From Nitrospirota bacterium (GTDB lineage: Bacteria; Nitrospirota; Nitrospiria; 2-01-FULL-66-17): a DNA stretch of 64,000 nucleotides. Where the stretch lies: assembly GCA_049325335.1 (NCBI GenBank), contig JBMOMC010000038.1, positions 8,941-72,940 of the forward strand, given 5' to 3'. The notes under the pieces were generated by a model. It made no database searches and was not told the DNA's origin. It saw only the letters and a list, made by a program, of their open reading frames with translations. Of the stretch, positions 29,201 through 39,400 are shown piece by piece. A program made the translations under genes and the position numbers. The number at the start of each line of letters is the position of its first letter. The stretch's first letter is position 1.

Positions 29201-32189
29201 CATTCCGTCGCTGCCGGATCAGCCGCCGTTGCCGGGATCGTTTCCCGCGCCGCCGCAGGAGTGTCTGGATCATCCGGCCCCGCGCCTGCGCGTGGACAAG
29301 ACCGTTAATGGGCAACCGGATATCAAAGTGGCGCCCGGGACCGAGGTGTCGATCGTCAACAAGGTGACCAACACCGGGGCGGTCCCCCTCACCGGGGTGA
29401 CCCTCACGGATCTGTTGACGAACAGGACCTACGGGCCGATCTCCTTGGCGCCCGGATCGAGCCGCGTGTTTCCCGCCGCGCGGTTTACGCCCACGCAATT
29501 CGGAAAAGAATTAATCGGTCCCACCGAGGCCGTCGGCTTCATCGCGGCCGGGGGCGTCGTGCAAGCATGGGACAGCGTGGTGATCGACGTGATGGCGCCG
29601 CCGTGCGACAACGCCATCGTGCTATTGAGTCCGGACCCGAATCCGTACAACCCGACGAACGGCGATCCGGTGTCCGAGGTCATGCAGGGGGGCTCGTTGT
29701 ACCGGCATTACCGCGTGCTGGACGCGCGCACCGGGGCGCCCATTGCCACTGCCACGGTCGGGTTGCTCGTGAACGGTGCGGCCCAGACCGCGCAGACGGA
29801 CGCGGACGGGTACATGATCCACACGCTCGTTCCGGATGAGACCGATCCCTTGGGACTGAAGATCGAGGCCGGGGCCATCGGCGCGCCAGGCACGACGGTG
29901 CCGGTGGTATTGGTCAGCGTCAACGGCAACCCCAGCACGTGCGGACAGCGCTTTGACGCGACGGTGAATCCCCGCGAATTTACCCGCGCGATCAAGGCGG
30001 GATCGAGCATGAAGCTGGCGGCTTCGTTCGCCGCGATGACGGTCAACGGCAAAGAAGGCTTCGGCATGGATCTGAGCCTCGACGGCACGCCGGCCGGGGA
30101 TACCAAGCTGACCTTCGGTCGCACGAACAACGTGGAACTGGGTGTGGGGGTCAAGGCCACCGCGGCCAAATTCCGTGTGAAGTTGATCGGCACGGCGTCG
30201 CTGGCCAACGTGGGAGTCAGCGCGGGCGCTTCGGGATTTCTCATGCTGAGCGACAAATACGAGTTTCCGTTCCCATTGAATCTGGACAGCACGTTGGCGC
30301 TCGGCCACCTGTTCCTCGGGACATTGAGTCTGGCGTCCAACAGCATGAATCCAGCATTGGGCGGACCAGTCACGGCACGGTTGCTGGACGAGGTCTACAA
30401 CCGGTTCTTGGGCGTGGACGCGTATCGCGTGTCGTACGGTCCGTCGATGGGGCTCAAGGTCACGGCGGGAGGGAGCCTCACCGGGCCGGTCGTGAATCTG
30501 CAAAGGACCGGCATTCCCTTGCTCCAAGACGTCGGGCTGCGCATCGGGGTGGAGGGATCGGTGGACGCGGCGGTGACCGCGGCGTTTACCATGAAGCCCC
30601 CTAAAAATGAGTTCGTGACCAGCGTGGAGTACAACGCGGCCGCGAACATCTCGGGCGGGTTGGACGTCGGGAAACTCAGGTCGCTTCCTAATGCCCCCAA
30701 GCCGTCCGCGATCGCCAAGACCGTGGATGACGTGAAGTTTCGTTTCAACGGCGGCATTTCCGGCAGCATCAAGTTCGCGACGACCATCGACACGGCCGCG
30801 AGTCCGCTGGAACTCAAAAAAGTGGAGGTGTCGATCTCCGGCCAGAAAGGCTTCGGGTACAAACTGCCGTTCGGTCAGCAAGCCGGGGCTGACGTGTCGG
30901 CGCTCGGGTACACCGACTCTACCGAGTTCGCGGTGACCGACCCGGCCAAGATCGATGAAGCGGTCACGACCATCACCACCATTCAACTGCTCGCCCCGCT
31001 GTACGCGAGCCCGGTCACCACGGAACTGATCGGCCCCTCGTTGTTGGGCGAGCGGATCGCGGAACTGGTTCGTCTGTTCGACCAGTATGAAGACAAGCGA
31101 GAGCGAGGACAAGGCGTGGAACTCCCCGTGGGCTTGGAAGGCGCGCTGTTCGGAACCGGGCTGGAGGGCGAAGTGGCGCTCAAGTTGGATCGGAGCGTTG
31201 AGTACGCGACGGAAAAGGGCGCGGTGCGGGACGGACAGAAGTTCAAACTCGAAACCTACGACAAGAATGATCCGCTCGTGCCTCCATCAGGCATGCCGGT
31301 GGTCGAGTCGATTGTGGATCAAATGATCTCGGCCATCAGCCATGAAATCGTCTCCGCGTTCACGCGCGTGGTGAGCGCGATCGTGCCCAATCCCACGAAT
31401 CCGTTCTCGATGATTCCCGTACGATTTTCGCCGTCGGGCGCGGATCTCACGATCAACAATGCGGCCGAGCCGCAAGCCTTTAACGTGGACTTATTGGCCT
31501 ACAAGTATCAGCCGATCTCCGGGCCGGTGGGGCCCATTGTTCAGGATCCGTCGGACGCCGCCGGGCCCGGCGACAAGCCGCACTTCGGGGTGGGCGGATT
31601 TTTCCAGTACGGCCCGTATGGGAAAACGCTGGCCGCGGCCGCGACATTGACCATTTATTACGAGCCGTACGAGGTGGCGAGCCTGGATGAGTCGTCGCTG
31701 GCCATCTATAAGTGGAACACCGCGGCGTTGGACTGGGAGTATGTGGGCGGGACGGTTACGCCCATCGGGACGGGACTCTTCGGCAGCGTGACCGCGCAAA
31801 TCAATGCGCTGGGCCTGTACACCCTGGCGCCGGCCATGCCCAGCGGGAAATTCGGGTACACGGCGACGGCCACGGTCTCGTCCGGCCAGCCCGCGACCAC
31901 GACGGTCCATTACACCAGTCAGTCGCTCCGGATGAATCACGGCGGCGCGGTGCCCGACGGCACACTGTTCACCGTGCTCACGTCGTGGCCGGATGCCAGC
32001 GCCGTGGTGCCGTTCGGGACCGTGACTACGCCGGATGAGGACCTGTTGACCGACGGTGTGCAGGTGCGGTCTCAGAGCGGGGTGATCCGGTTCACCGCGG
32101 AGTATCCGGGCGCGTTTGGGGCGGTGCGCGTGTTGGCGTATCCGACCGAAGGCACGGCGTTCGGTGAACAGATGATGGTGTACCCATGA
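23256..32189 (+). CDS. Giant exported transglutaminase-like domain protein (~2977 aa) with Ig-like and C-terminal ZU5-like regions
   Basis: Signal peptide; YDGVLKGA..ANDADQAVLLVALLRAAGTPARFVHG..HTWVE..WVALDPSFK; start uncertain (23235/23256/23262). Confidence 0.85.
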   Translation: MFMAGSVGPRVRGHTDSGISWRARLLPGLAFACLVGLGFGIAAPPSVAAGTDVSSDVGNRLDAELQTLRGTADAILSDLRAGGTGSSGLDALRGSADRVRALDTLVRGRFGRVEATLREHSASSALLGRRDAAAAAYEAAADAVLASLSALDAASRGDRAVLTGVLERLINALADVTPSQEDRRPLGIDLPYHPLDLPTVSPRRTPTVTPAYLAASLVAPAPEDLAGTTSDAVAAQAEASGYDPIALFEFVQQSIDTEFYDGVLKGADGALRERRANDADQAVLLVALLRAAGTPARFVHGVIEISAEQAAAWTSVGSAQRAADLFGRAGIPYEPVRRGGGIGAFRIEHTWVEAYVSYGNYRGAPLDTGGKAWVALDPSFKAYRYETGLDVLGEMGFSADALATEYLAQPQTMDPVAVLRARITEYLTANRPGASIDQAMGRRVLDEPRAGLLPNTLPYATVAVTDEFAALPTERTHRVRVRAAADNGDAFDVTLPASEFVGHRITLSYVPATVEDHVAVNAFLRLDNTPAYLVALRPVLKVDGVVRAAGERSVRMGAYHDLTIELHGTRGSAETTDSLLAGGYYALGFGSHAAAYTPSSEPSPRDTEPPAGDLLFQMASEYLDAWNRAEEDLAAMTRVAVVRPLPSVVMVGSVYGRTVLFGRPQTVDWRGVFVDANFRASDAIPAGNDATRAGAFLRLSGLAGSVLERSVLAQKLGAEAVSTVSLIQSARANGEPIEEIDASNASVIASLSTSDNVKAEVTDAVNRGWRVTIPRSDLIRDRFHGIGYIVRDPASGGAGYFISGSLAGGITINDARNWVEQAYADALHFAYTPPPNPDPTAALYIFKVAISNNQNGIAGEPAESPLFVWVLDRDGRPVMGADVTFQIVSGGGQFDAAGAQSVTATTDYLGIAAATPIWGRHTADAPFYLMANAGDPQPTQVGHNLVTARVQGSGGHIPLSAPFQAFAYPGEPHHIRKVLGEGNQSLAGTAAGTLRARVEDQYDNTISNIDVLFRVVPAEPRVGAALPSSAQNMVVYSQDPPCPNENPVIGDCGGVASLAVTTSVFGASVETILGDTIATRYGVQASVPSAPGVAAETFALFAVGRRDYDAPGYAPPTLMMSQLSLVNDRGELLNSAKVGTSFARPLGVALYLIEDRFLMVPTGAPCGPNETDPPCYEVRSLATSRIRPVDIQRTGPDITYPTVTPDAVSVPKQSETANIAFNAIAGGGSVVPPVQNAPGHGLGQGRYEAVLTVGSNPVLNRVEVDATATIWLPDINLHASSAAGTVTPRLVTMRPGQDFLGLVNHDPLQPRFGGNPLTVTHEVFGVRATIPTPPVALIGPSGLVAFDADVNYLIEPAGYAAQTADVDLFEVKTGAPDEWLGYVVGDHASGAGAGTILQGMFFNPAKRYRAKVVLNRGSEVELASGLESLDAYLREPLRLDFGSKKHAEEQHRQKKERDLAAIFQAEKAALVGVIQQGLIEGAACGIPTGAPIAIIEQGSGACFWKDRFATDPVGTCAAFQPEVSDHDYEVFVPSAYMPGTDTSGAACLVNHLNKAGQDSELADVTFFPMSKEDFERGRLNVMPPVVPGGSDPTGDLGLGRQSLLLKWLLEGEYVTGIAGLSVPAVGGQVRPLDAILEDLRTTPYMDGEPTGIPRLEGHEWAALQEFNLFKSGAHLRLKGQAVDQRSGLFERLQKEVHDVAKAGIRAVMARLATDERANRRLFIARPEYNSGAGCLTGTEDPSRPRPPASLFPKRCDSFEEHVASTAVKSLRDGYGLFTPEQTAMIYNLYRVKADATCAAPGCTTRIMDEAEANRFVASAYDLIRQVSADTEAIYLSTVGNDSANAVQRAANLSTARTKALEAQATVKRTPTTRVLNASVLSFENVEVAQDSDATNGVTPPRHVVPVVDFGERFLDVARTVSGSPILDPNGDEQPLMKTALPGDQTRYVRALLDPNHTIRQCEPTANFTGFYAHPLTFSDPGTIPSLPDQPPLPGSFPAPPQECLDHPAPRLRVDKTVNGQPDIKVAPGTEVSIVNKVTNTGAVPLTGVTLTDLLTNRTYGPISLAPGSSRVFPAARFTPTQFGKELIGPTEAVGFIAAGGVVQAWDSVVIDVMAPPCDNAIVLLSPDPNPYNPTNGDPVSEVMQGGSLYRHYRVLDARTGAPIATATVGLLVNGAAQTAQTDADGYMIHTLVPDETDPLGLKIEAGAIGAPGTTVPVVLVSVNGNPSTCGQRFDATVNPREFTRAIKAGSSMKLAASFAAMTVNGKEGFGMDLSLDGTPAGDTKLTFGRTNNVELGVGVKATAAKFRVKLIGTASLANVGVSAGASGFLMLSDKYEFPFPLNLDSTLALGHLFLGTLSLASNSMNPALGGPVTARLLDEVYNRFLGVDAYRVSYGPSMGLKVTAGGSLTGPVVNLQRTGIPLLQDVGLRIGVEGSVDAAVTAAFTMKPPKNEFVTSVEYNAAANISGGLDVGKLRSLPNAPKPSAIAKTVDDVKFRFNGGISGSIKFATTIDTAASPLELKKVEVSISGQKGFGYKLPFGQQAGADVSALGYTDSTEFAVTDPAKIDEAVTTITTIQLLAPLYASPVTTELIGPSLLGERIAELVRLFDQYEDKRERGQGVELPVGLEGALFGTGLEGEVALKLDRSVEYATEKGAVRDGQKFKLETYDKNDPLVPPSGMPVVESIVDQMISAISHEIVSAFTRVVSAIVPNPTNPFSMIPVRFSPSGADLTINNAAEPQAFNVDLLAYKYQPISGPVGPIVQDPSDAAGPGDKPHFGVGGFFQYGPYGKTLAAAATLTIYYEPYEVASLDESSLAIYKWNTAALDWEYVGGTVTPIGTGLFGSVTAQINALGLYTLAPAMPSGKFGYTATATVSSGQPATTTVHYTSQSLRMNHGGAVPDGTLFTVLTSWPDASAVVPFGTVTTPDEDLLTDGVQVRSQSGVIRFTAEYPGAFGAVRVLAYPTEGTAFGEQMMVYP

Positions 32190-33055
32190 GGGAGCGGAGC
32201 GTGATGACCGGACAGTGGATCTGGCGCGTCGCCTTGGCCGCGATCGTCCTGCTGGGGGTGGCGGATGTGCGAGCGGCGGTGGCGGAGCGTACGGGACGGG
32301 CGGTGGCGGAGGTCGGGAATCAGTCCATCGCGGTGGAGACGTTTGAAGCACGCCTGGCCGCGGAACGCAAACGGGCGGTGGCGGAGAATCGGGTCGACGC
32401 GTTCGGCTCGCCCGCTAAACGGAAACTGCTCGATCAATTGGTCGAGACCAAGCTGTTTGCGATCAACGCGCGTGCCGCCGGGCTGGATCAGCGGCCCGAC
32501 GTGAAGCGCAAGATCGAAGAGGCGGTGGACGATGTGCTGGCGCGAGCCATGAGGGACGATGTGGCGGCGTCCCTTGATCTCAGTCAACCGGCTCTTCGCG
32601 CCTATTACGACGCGCATCCCGGCGAGTTCGAGGTGCCTGGACGGGTACGGGCGCGTCACGTGGTGGTCAAGACGCGCCCCGAGGCCGTGGCCCTGCTTGG
32701 GAAGTTGAAACGGGGCGCGGACGTTGCGGCGTTGGCGCGGGAGCAAAACATCGACTCCACGCGCGAGAGCGGGGGCGACCTGGGCTGGGTGAAGCGCGGC
32801 GTGATGGTGGCGCCGTTCGAGACCGCGTTGTTCGCATTGCACGCGGGCGAGCTCAGCCCGGTGGTACAGACCTCCTACGGGTTTCATGTGATCAAGGCCG
32901 AGGAAATCGAATCACCCAAGCCCAAGCCGTTCGACGCGGTTGCGGGGGAAATTCGTGAGACGCTCATCGCGAAGGACGTCGAGCGGTTGCGGGCCGAGTT
33001 GGCGACGCGTCACCGGGTCACGGTTCACGAAGAGGCACTCAAATCCATCCGCTGA
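32186..33055 (+). CDS. Parvulin-type peptidyl-prolyl isomerase (PpiC/PrsA-like)
   Basis: RARHVVV, GGDLGW, PFETALF, SPVVQTSYGFHVIK; signal peptide. Confidence 0.92.
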   Translation: MRERSVMTGQWIWRVALAAIVLLGVADVRAAVAERTGRAVAEVGNQSIAVETFEARLAAERKRAVAENRVDAFGSPAKRKLLDQLVETKLFAINARAAGLDQRPDVKRKIEEAVDDVLARAMRDDVAASLDLSQPALRAYYDAHPGEFEVPGRVRARHVVVKTRPEAVALLGKLKRGADVAALAREQNIDSTRESGGDLGWVKRGVMVAPFETALFALHAGELSPVVQTSYGFHVIKAEEIESPKPKPFDAVAGEIRETLIAKDVERLRAELATRHRVTVHEEALKSIR

Positions 33056-33468
33056 TGCGAGCGATTCTCGTTGGGGCGCTGCTGACCGGGGTGTGGCACT
33101 TGCCCGCCGCGGTTAACGCGGCCGAGTTCGGCGCGGACCAGCCGGTCACGTCGCTAACCCTGATCGCCAGCGACGATGTGCGGGCCGTGGTGCGGTTCGG
33201 CCACGGGCCGCAACTCACGATCGCGGTGGGCGATCGCGTGGGCCAAACGCGCGCCGAGGTGCGTGAAATCGCGCCGGGCCGGGTGGTGCTCGATGACGCG
33301 GCCACGGAAACGAGTGGACGGATCAATCGAGCCGTCGTGGTGTTGAGCGAAGGCACACCGGGTGGCACGCGGTATACGTCCGATCCCGGTACGGTGCCGC
33401 CGAAGGCCGTCAAGCCGGTGGTGACCGCGCCGCCGGGAACGGATCGAGGGAACACGAGCGGACGGTGA
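33055..33468 (+). CDS. Small exported beta-rich protein, GspC-HR/PilP-like
   Basis: Signal peptide; AVVR..LTIAVGDRVG..EVREIAPGRVVL pattern; overlaps both neighbours; family call tentative. Confidence 0.6.
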   Translation: MRAILVGALLTGVWHLPAAVNAAEFGADQPVTSLTLIASDDVRAVVRFGHGPQLTIAVGDRVGQTRAEVREIAPGRVVLDDAATETSGRINRAVVVLSEGTPGGTRYTSDPGTVPPKAVKPVVTAPPGTDRGNTSGR

Positions 33469-36400
33469 TGTCACGCACTGCATTACATAGGGCTCAGGCT
33501 CCACGGCGCGCGCTTCGGGCCGCGCTCGCCGGATGGCTCACGGCCGTCTCGTGGCTCACGTTCGCCGGGTCGGCATCCGCCCAGAGCCTCTATGCCAAAA
33601 CCGTGGAGGATCGCAGCCACGTCACCGTGATGGAGTTCGGCGGCGTGTACGATCGCCAACCCGAGGCCAACCGAACGTATGAACAGGCGGTTCGGGAGGC
33701 CATCGCCAAGGAATTCTTCCGCACGCACGCGGACGACTACGATATGCTCGTGACGTTCACGCGGTTCCCGTACGCCCTGGGCACGGACGGCGAGGGCCTG
33801 CGGGTGGGTGGACGGTACTACAGCATCAAGAACGACGTGCAAGGCATCGGACTCGACCTGTTCGACTACTCCGCGCAGGCGGGCAGTCGCGGCAGACTGC
33901 AGGGCTACATCGACATGGGGCAGATCGACTCACGCGCCGCGGACCCCACGGATCCTTCGTTCGAGGAGACCTTATCGGTCCTGGCGCACGAGTTCGCCCA
34001 CCGTTGGTCCGCCTTCGCCGCGTTTCAGGACGCGGGCGGGGCCAGGAGCATGGCGTTGTTGGGCCGCGACGGCGCGCACTGGAGTTTTCTCCTCAACAGC
34101 CAGAACTCGGTGATGTACGGCAACGAGTGGCGGGACAACGGCGACGGCACGTTCACCGCGGTCGGCCGTTCGCGCAGTTTCTACAGTCCACTGGATCTAT
34201 ATCTGATGGGCATGTTGGACCGCAGCCAGGTCCCGCCGTTTACGCTGATCGACAGCCCGGACGTTGAGCCGGATCGTTTGCCCGAGGTCGGCGCCACGAT
34301 CACGGGCACGGCGCGAACCGTCACAATCGACGACGTGATCGCGGCGCTCGGCGAGCGCGTGCCTTCGGCGGCCAACGCGCCGAAGCGGTTCAAACTGGGG
34401 TTCATCTTCCTGGTGCGTCCAGGCGAAACCGCGGACGGCTTGGAACTGTCTCGCATCAACGCGATTCGCGACGGGTTCGCCACGCGGATGGTGATTCTGA
34501 CGGGCGGGAAGTTGATCGCGGAAGTGTATCCGGACGCATTGCCGGCCGCGCCCGACTCGCCGCCCGCAGTGCTTCCGCCGTCGAGCGGAGCGCGGAGTAC
34601 GCCTACAGACCTGGTGCAGGGCGTGGACTGGCTCCTCGCGCAGCAGGCCCAAGACGGCGCGTTCCGCGATACCCAGGCCACCGCGGTGCGTGATACCGCG
34701 AACGTGCTGGACCTGCTGCGCGAGATTCCTTCCACATATCTGTCGCATCAGCGCGGCCTGGCGTGGTTGACCTCGCTGACCGCGGCGGACAACGTGGATA
34801 CGGTGTCGCGCCGAACCCTCGCGTTGTCGCCACAGTACGCGGCGCCTGACGCCACGTTCCTGATCGAAGCCGAGAACGCCTTGGGAGGCTGGGGCTTGCG
34901 GCGCGGGTATCTCAGCGACCCGCTCGACACGGCCTTGGCCTTGCGCGCGTTGGCGGACGTGGGTCAGGCGTCCGGCCTGCTCGGCCGCCGGATCGATGTG
35001 GAGATTCGCGGCACGCGCTACCTCGGGGTTCAGCCCGATATCGGTCTGCTCCTGTCGACGCAAAACGAGGACGGAGGCTGGGGCCTCAAACCCGGCGCGT
35101 CCAGCTCGATTCTCGCCACCGCCGCGGTCATGCGATTGGGCGAGCGTTACGCCGACTCGCACCTGAATGCGGCGTTGGCGTCCGCGTTCGCGTGGTTGTC
35201 CGCGCAACAACGTGCCGACGGCGGATTCGGCGACCACGCCAGCACGCCTTATGAAACCGCCGAGGCCGCGCTGATCCTGCTGAAAACCACGTTCCCCAAA
35301 GCGAGCCTGATCGCGGCGCTCGACTATCTGCGCGGCACACAACTCGCGGACGGGAGTTGGAACGAGAGCGTGTACCAGACCGCGTTGGCGATCCGCGCGC
35401 TGAAGACCGCCGAACTGCCGAACGCGTCGGTAAGCGCGTCGCAGATCGTCATGATGCCCGCGAGTCCGGTCGAGGGGCAAGCGGTCGCGCTCCGCGTCCA
35501 CGTGGCGAACGACGGGGTTCAAGAGTTCCGCGATGTGGTCGTGCGGATCTTCGACGGCGACCCGGCCGCGGGCGGCGCGCTGATCGGGAGCGACGTGACG
35601 ATCCCCCTGTTGCCGCCCCTGGCCCAGGTTCCCGTCGAGGTGGTCTGGGACACCACGGGATTGGCTGGCGAGCACCGGATCGTGGTCGTGGTGGACCCGG
35701 ACAACGCGATCGTGGAGTACAACGAGGCGGATAACCGCGCCGAGAAGACGATCGTGGTTCGCACGCCGCCGGTGGAACCGGACCTAGCGGTCGTGACCGC
35801 GGATCTCGCGTTCTTGCCGGTGTTCCTGCAGACGATTCCACAGTCCGAGATCTTGTCCGTCCGCGTCACCAACAACGGCCAGACCGCGGCGAGCGGGGTC
35901 GTGCTCCGCGTGTACGACGGCGATCCCGCGACGACCGGCGTTCAGGTCGGCGAGACGACGGTTGACGTGCCGGGTCGCGGCCATGCCCCCGCGTCGGTGT
36001 CGTTCGATGTCACGCGAACCGGCAGCCACCGGTATTGGGTGGTGCTCGATCCGACCAACGCCATCGTCGAAGCCGACGAGACCAACAACCGGGCGGCCAT
36101 CACTTTGCCGGTGCAGAGCACGCTCGACTTCTTCGTGAACCCGGCCAGCGTGACATTGTCGCAAAGTCCGATCGCGCTCGGTACGAATCTGGTGGTGTCC
36201 GCCACGGTCGGCAACTCCGGAACCACGGACGCCTTCGGCGTGCAGCTTCGGGTGAGCCTGGACGATCCGGCCGGAGCGATCGACCTGGGCACGCAGACAC
36301 TCGACCTGCCGTCCGGCGCCATGCGACCCGTATCCATCACGTGGCGCACGAGCCGGGCGGTCACCGGAGCGCCGGTGGTGATACGGATCGACGCGGATGA

Positions 36401-39400
36401 CCGGTTCCCGGAAAACTCCGAGGCGAACAACGCGGCGAGCGTTCCGCTGACCGTGCAAGGCTCGACCGCGCCCAATCTCCGGGTGGCGTATCAGGACCTT
36501 GTGGTCAGCGCGCCGACTGATCAAGGCGGCACCGCAACCATCTCGGTGCCGGTCTCCAATAACGGCTTCGCGGACGCGACCAACGTGGATGTGGTGTTCT
36601 ACGAGGGCGCGCCAGAGGCCGGCGGCGTAGCCATCGGCGCGACGCAGCGGATCACGAGTCTGGCGCCCGGGGCGCAGACGCTGGTCTCCACCACATGGGG
36701 ACCGATCCAGGCCGCGGGCACGCGGCTCATCACCGTGGTCGTGGATCCGGTAAATGCCCTGTCGGAGTTCGACGAGGAGGACAATTCTGCGTTCGTGACC
36801 GCGATCGTACGGTCGCGGCCCGACTTGTCCGTGACGGGTGCGAGCCTCGCCTTCTCGCCCGCGTTTCCCAGGGCGGGTGACGTGGTGGCCATCACCGCGT
36901 CGGTTTCCAATCTCGGCGACCAGCCCGCTTCGAACGTCCGCGCGAGGTTCTTCGACGGCGATCCGGCTTCCGGCGGCGCGCAGATCGGCACGGATCAGGT
37001 CATCGCAACGATTCCCGGACTCGGCCAAGGCCAGGTACAGGCGGCCTACACCGCGTCCGATTTGGGGACTCGCGCGATCTGGGTGCAGGTGGACCCGCTG
37101 AACGAGATCGTGGAACAAAGCGAGGCAAATAACAACGCGTCCAAGACGCTCGGCGTGCAGGACGCGTCCTTGTATTTCTCCAACGTGTATTTTTCGCCCA
37201 ACGGCGACGGCGTGCAGGACTCCACGGACCTGTTCTTCCGCCTGGACGGCGCGCAGTCCGTCTCGTCGGTGCGAATCTTGAATCGTCACGGCGGACTCGT
37301 TCAGACCGCGTCCATGCCCACCCCTGCGCCGTCCTCCGGCAGCGTGCCGTGGGACGGGACCGATGACCTCGGCAAGGTCGTGGCGGACGGGGAGTACACG
37401 TTCGTACTGGTCGCGCCGGACGGCCGGGATCTGGCGTCGGCCCGAGCCGTGGTGGACAACAACGCGTTGTCGGTCATGGACGCGTTCGGTACCAAGTACC
37501 TGTTGGAAAACAACCTGACCTGCCAACGCCGGATCTTGATCGGTGACGGGTACGTGGTGCCGTATTACGAGGCGGGATGGCTGGCGGACGATACCGGCCT
37601 GGTGACCTGGGTGCCGACCATGGCGGTCACTACGTTTTATCACTGGAGCATTTTTGGGACGTACACCATCTATGCGTTCTCCGAGGAGCCGGTCGGCGTG
37701 TACGTGACCGCGCCGGACGGCGCATCGCGACGCGTCACGCCGGATAGTTGGGCGATTCATCAACCAGCGGGTGACGGCACGCAGATCCTTGACGTGAAAA
37801 TCTCCCCGGATCAACAGAAAGTGTTGATCGCCACGTACCGGTATCGGATCAACGGGTACCCGTACGGCGGGTACAACCAGTTCCAGGTGACGAGCCCCGT
37901 CGAGTACTGGGTGGTCAATATCGATGGGTCCGGATTGGTCCGGGTGGTGAGCGCGAGCGGATCGACGGCTACCGCACAGTGGGCGCCTGACAGCACGAAA
38001 TTTTTGTTCTACAACTATGATCGCAACAGCGCGGACCACGCGAACATCCATATTGTGGCGGCCGATGGCAGCGGGGAAACGAGCTTTGTGTGGCGCGATC
38101 CCGCGATCAATGACCAGAGCTTTAACCATGCCGCGTGGTCCAAGGACGGCAGTCGGGTATTGTACTCGGTGCTCGATGTGCAGCCGGCGACGGCCCCGGT
38201 CTACGCGAACCGGGTGTACGCCGTAAACCCGGACGGCACCGGCAAGGTCGTGGTCGGCACGTCGGAGATTTACGGGTTCGGCAACCTCTACGGCGTCATA
38301 TGGCTCGCGAACGATCGTTTCGCCATGCCCACGCAGGGCGTGATGACGCCGGACGGCTACTTCACATACGGTAACATGGAGTACGGCCTGTGGCTATTCT
38401 CCACCACCGGTGATGCGCCGCAGCCGTTGACTCCCGGCATCTCGAATATCAGCGGGGAAATCGCGCCATCACCGGACCAGCGATCCATCGCCTTTGTGGG
38501 ATACGGCTGCGGTGTCAACTGCGACGGCGGTGGCAATCAAACGTCGACCGGCATTTGGCGCGTGGGCGTCGAAGGCCGGCCCGAACAAGTGTACGCGCCG
38601 ACGCCTGATAACCAGGGGATCGGCTTCTTGAAGTGGTCTCCGGACGGATCGCGTCTGGCGTTTCGCGAGATTGTGATCACCCACGTTGAATATTGCGATG
38701 ACGGCGAGGGCGGCGAGTACTTCTGCGGGCAAGGCTTCCCGGCCGCCGGCATCATCGACCTGGCTGATCGCTCCACGAATCTGATTCCTCTCTCGCCCCC
38801 CGGTGAACGGTATTCGTGGAGCGATTTCCAGATCCTCGGCCTGTTCCCGGAAGGCGACACCGTGCTCATTCGAGATCCGGCCAGTCTGACGGCCTGGAGT
38901 CCGTCGGTCGGGCGACAAACGATTCTTCCGGTTGACGCCTACACCTGGCTGAACGACGCGCGATTCACGCCGTCGGGCAAGTACCTCCTCTACGGATCGA
39001 GGCGCGAATCGTTTGACGCGTCCGCGCCCTGTTGGAAGGGATCGTACAGCGTGGATACGTTCGCCATGACCTCGCTGCTGAACCTGACCGCGCAGATGAC
39101 GTTCCAGCGCCAGGGCTCGCAGATCGTGATCCGCGGGATCGCGGAGGACCGAAACTTTGCGGACTACCGGTTGGAGTACGCGCCGGTCACGGCGCCCACG
39201 GCGTGGTCGCCGATCGGCGAGCCCAGCGAGGTGCCGGTGATCAACGGCGAATTGGGCCGATGGATTCCGCCGTCCGAAGGCGCGTTCTTCGTGCGGCTAC
39301 TCGCGCGCGATCGGGCCGGCAACCTGGCGCAGGCGAGAAAGCGCATCACCTGGGGGCTGGCGCCGAGCATCACCAATGTGACGGTGACGCCGCGCATGTT

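Noticed and set aside
33465..33580. Tat signal in the 6067-aa protein (PRRAL)
   Set aside because: Poor match to S/T-R-R-x-F-L-K, and the size makes Tat export implausible; Sec is more likely
34600..35410. Squalene-hopene cyclase or alpha-2-macroglobulin thioester domain
   Set aside because: Only QW-like barrel repeats are present; no DxDD or CGEQ motif was seen
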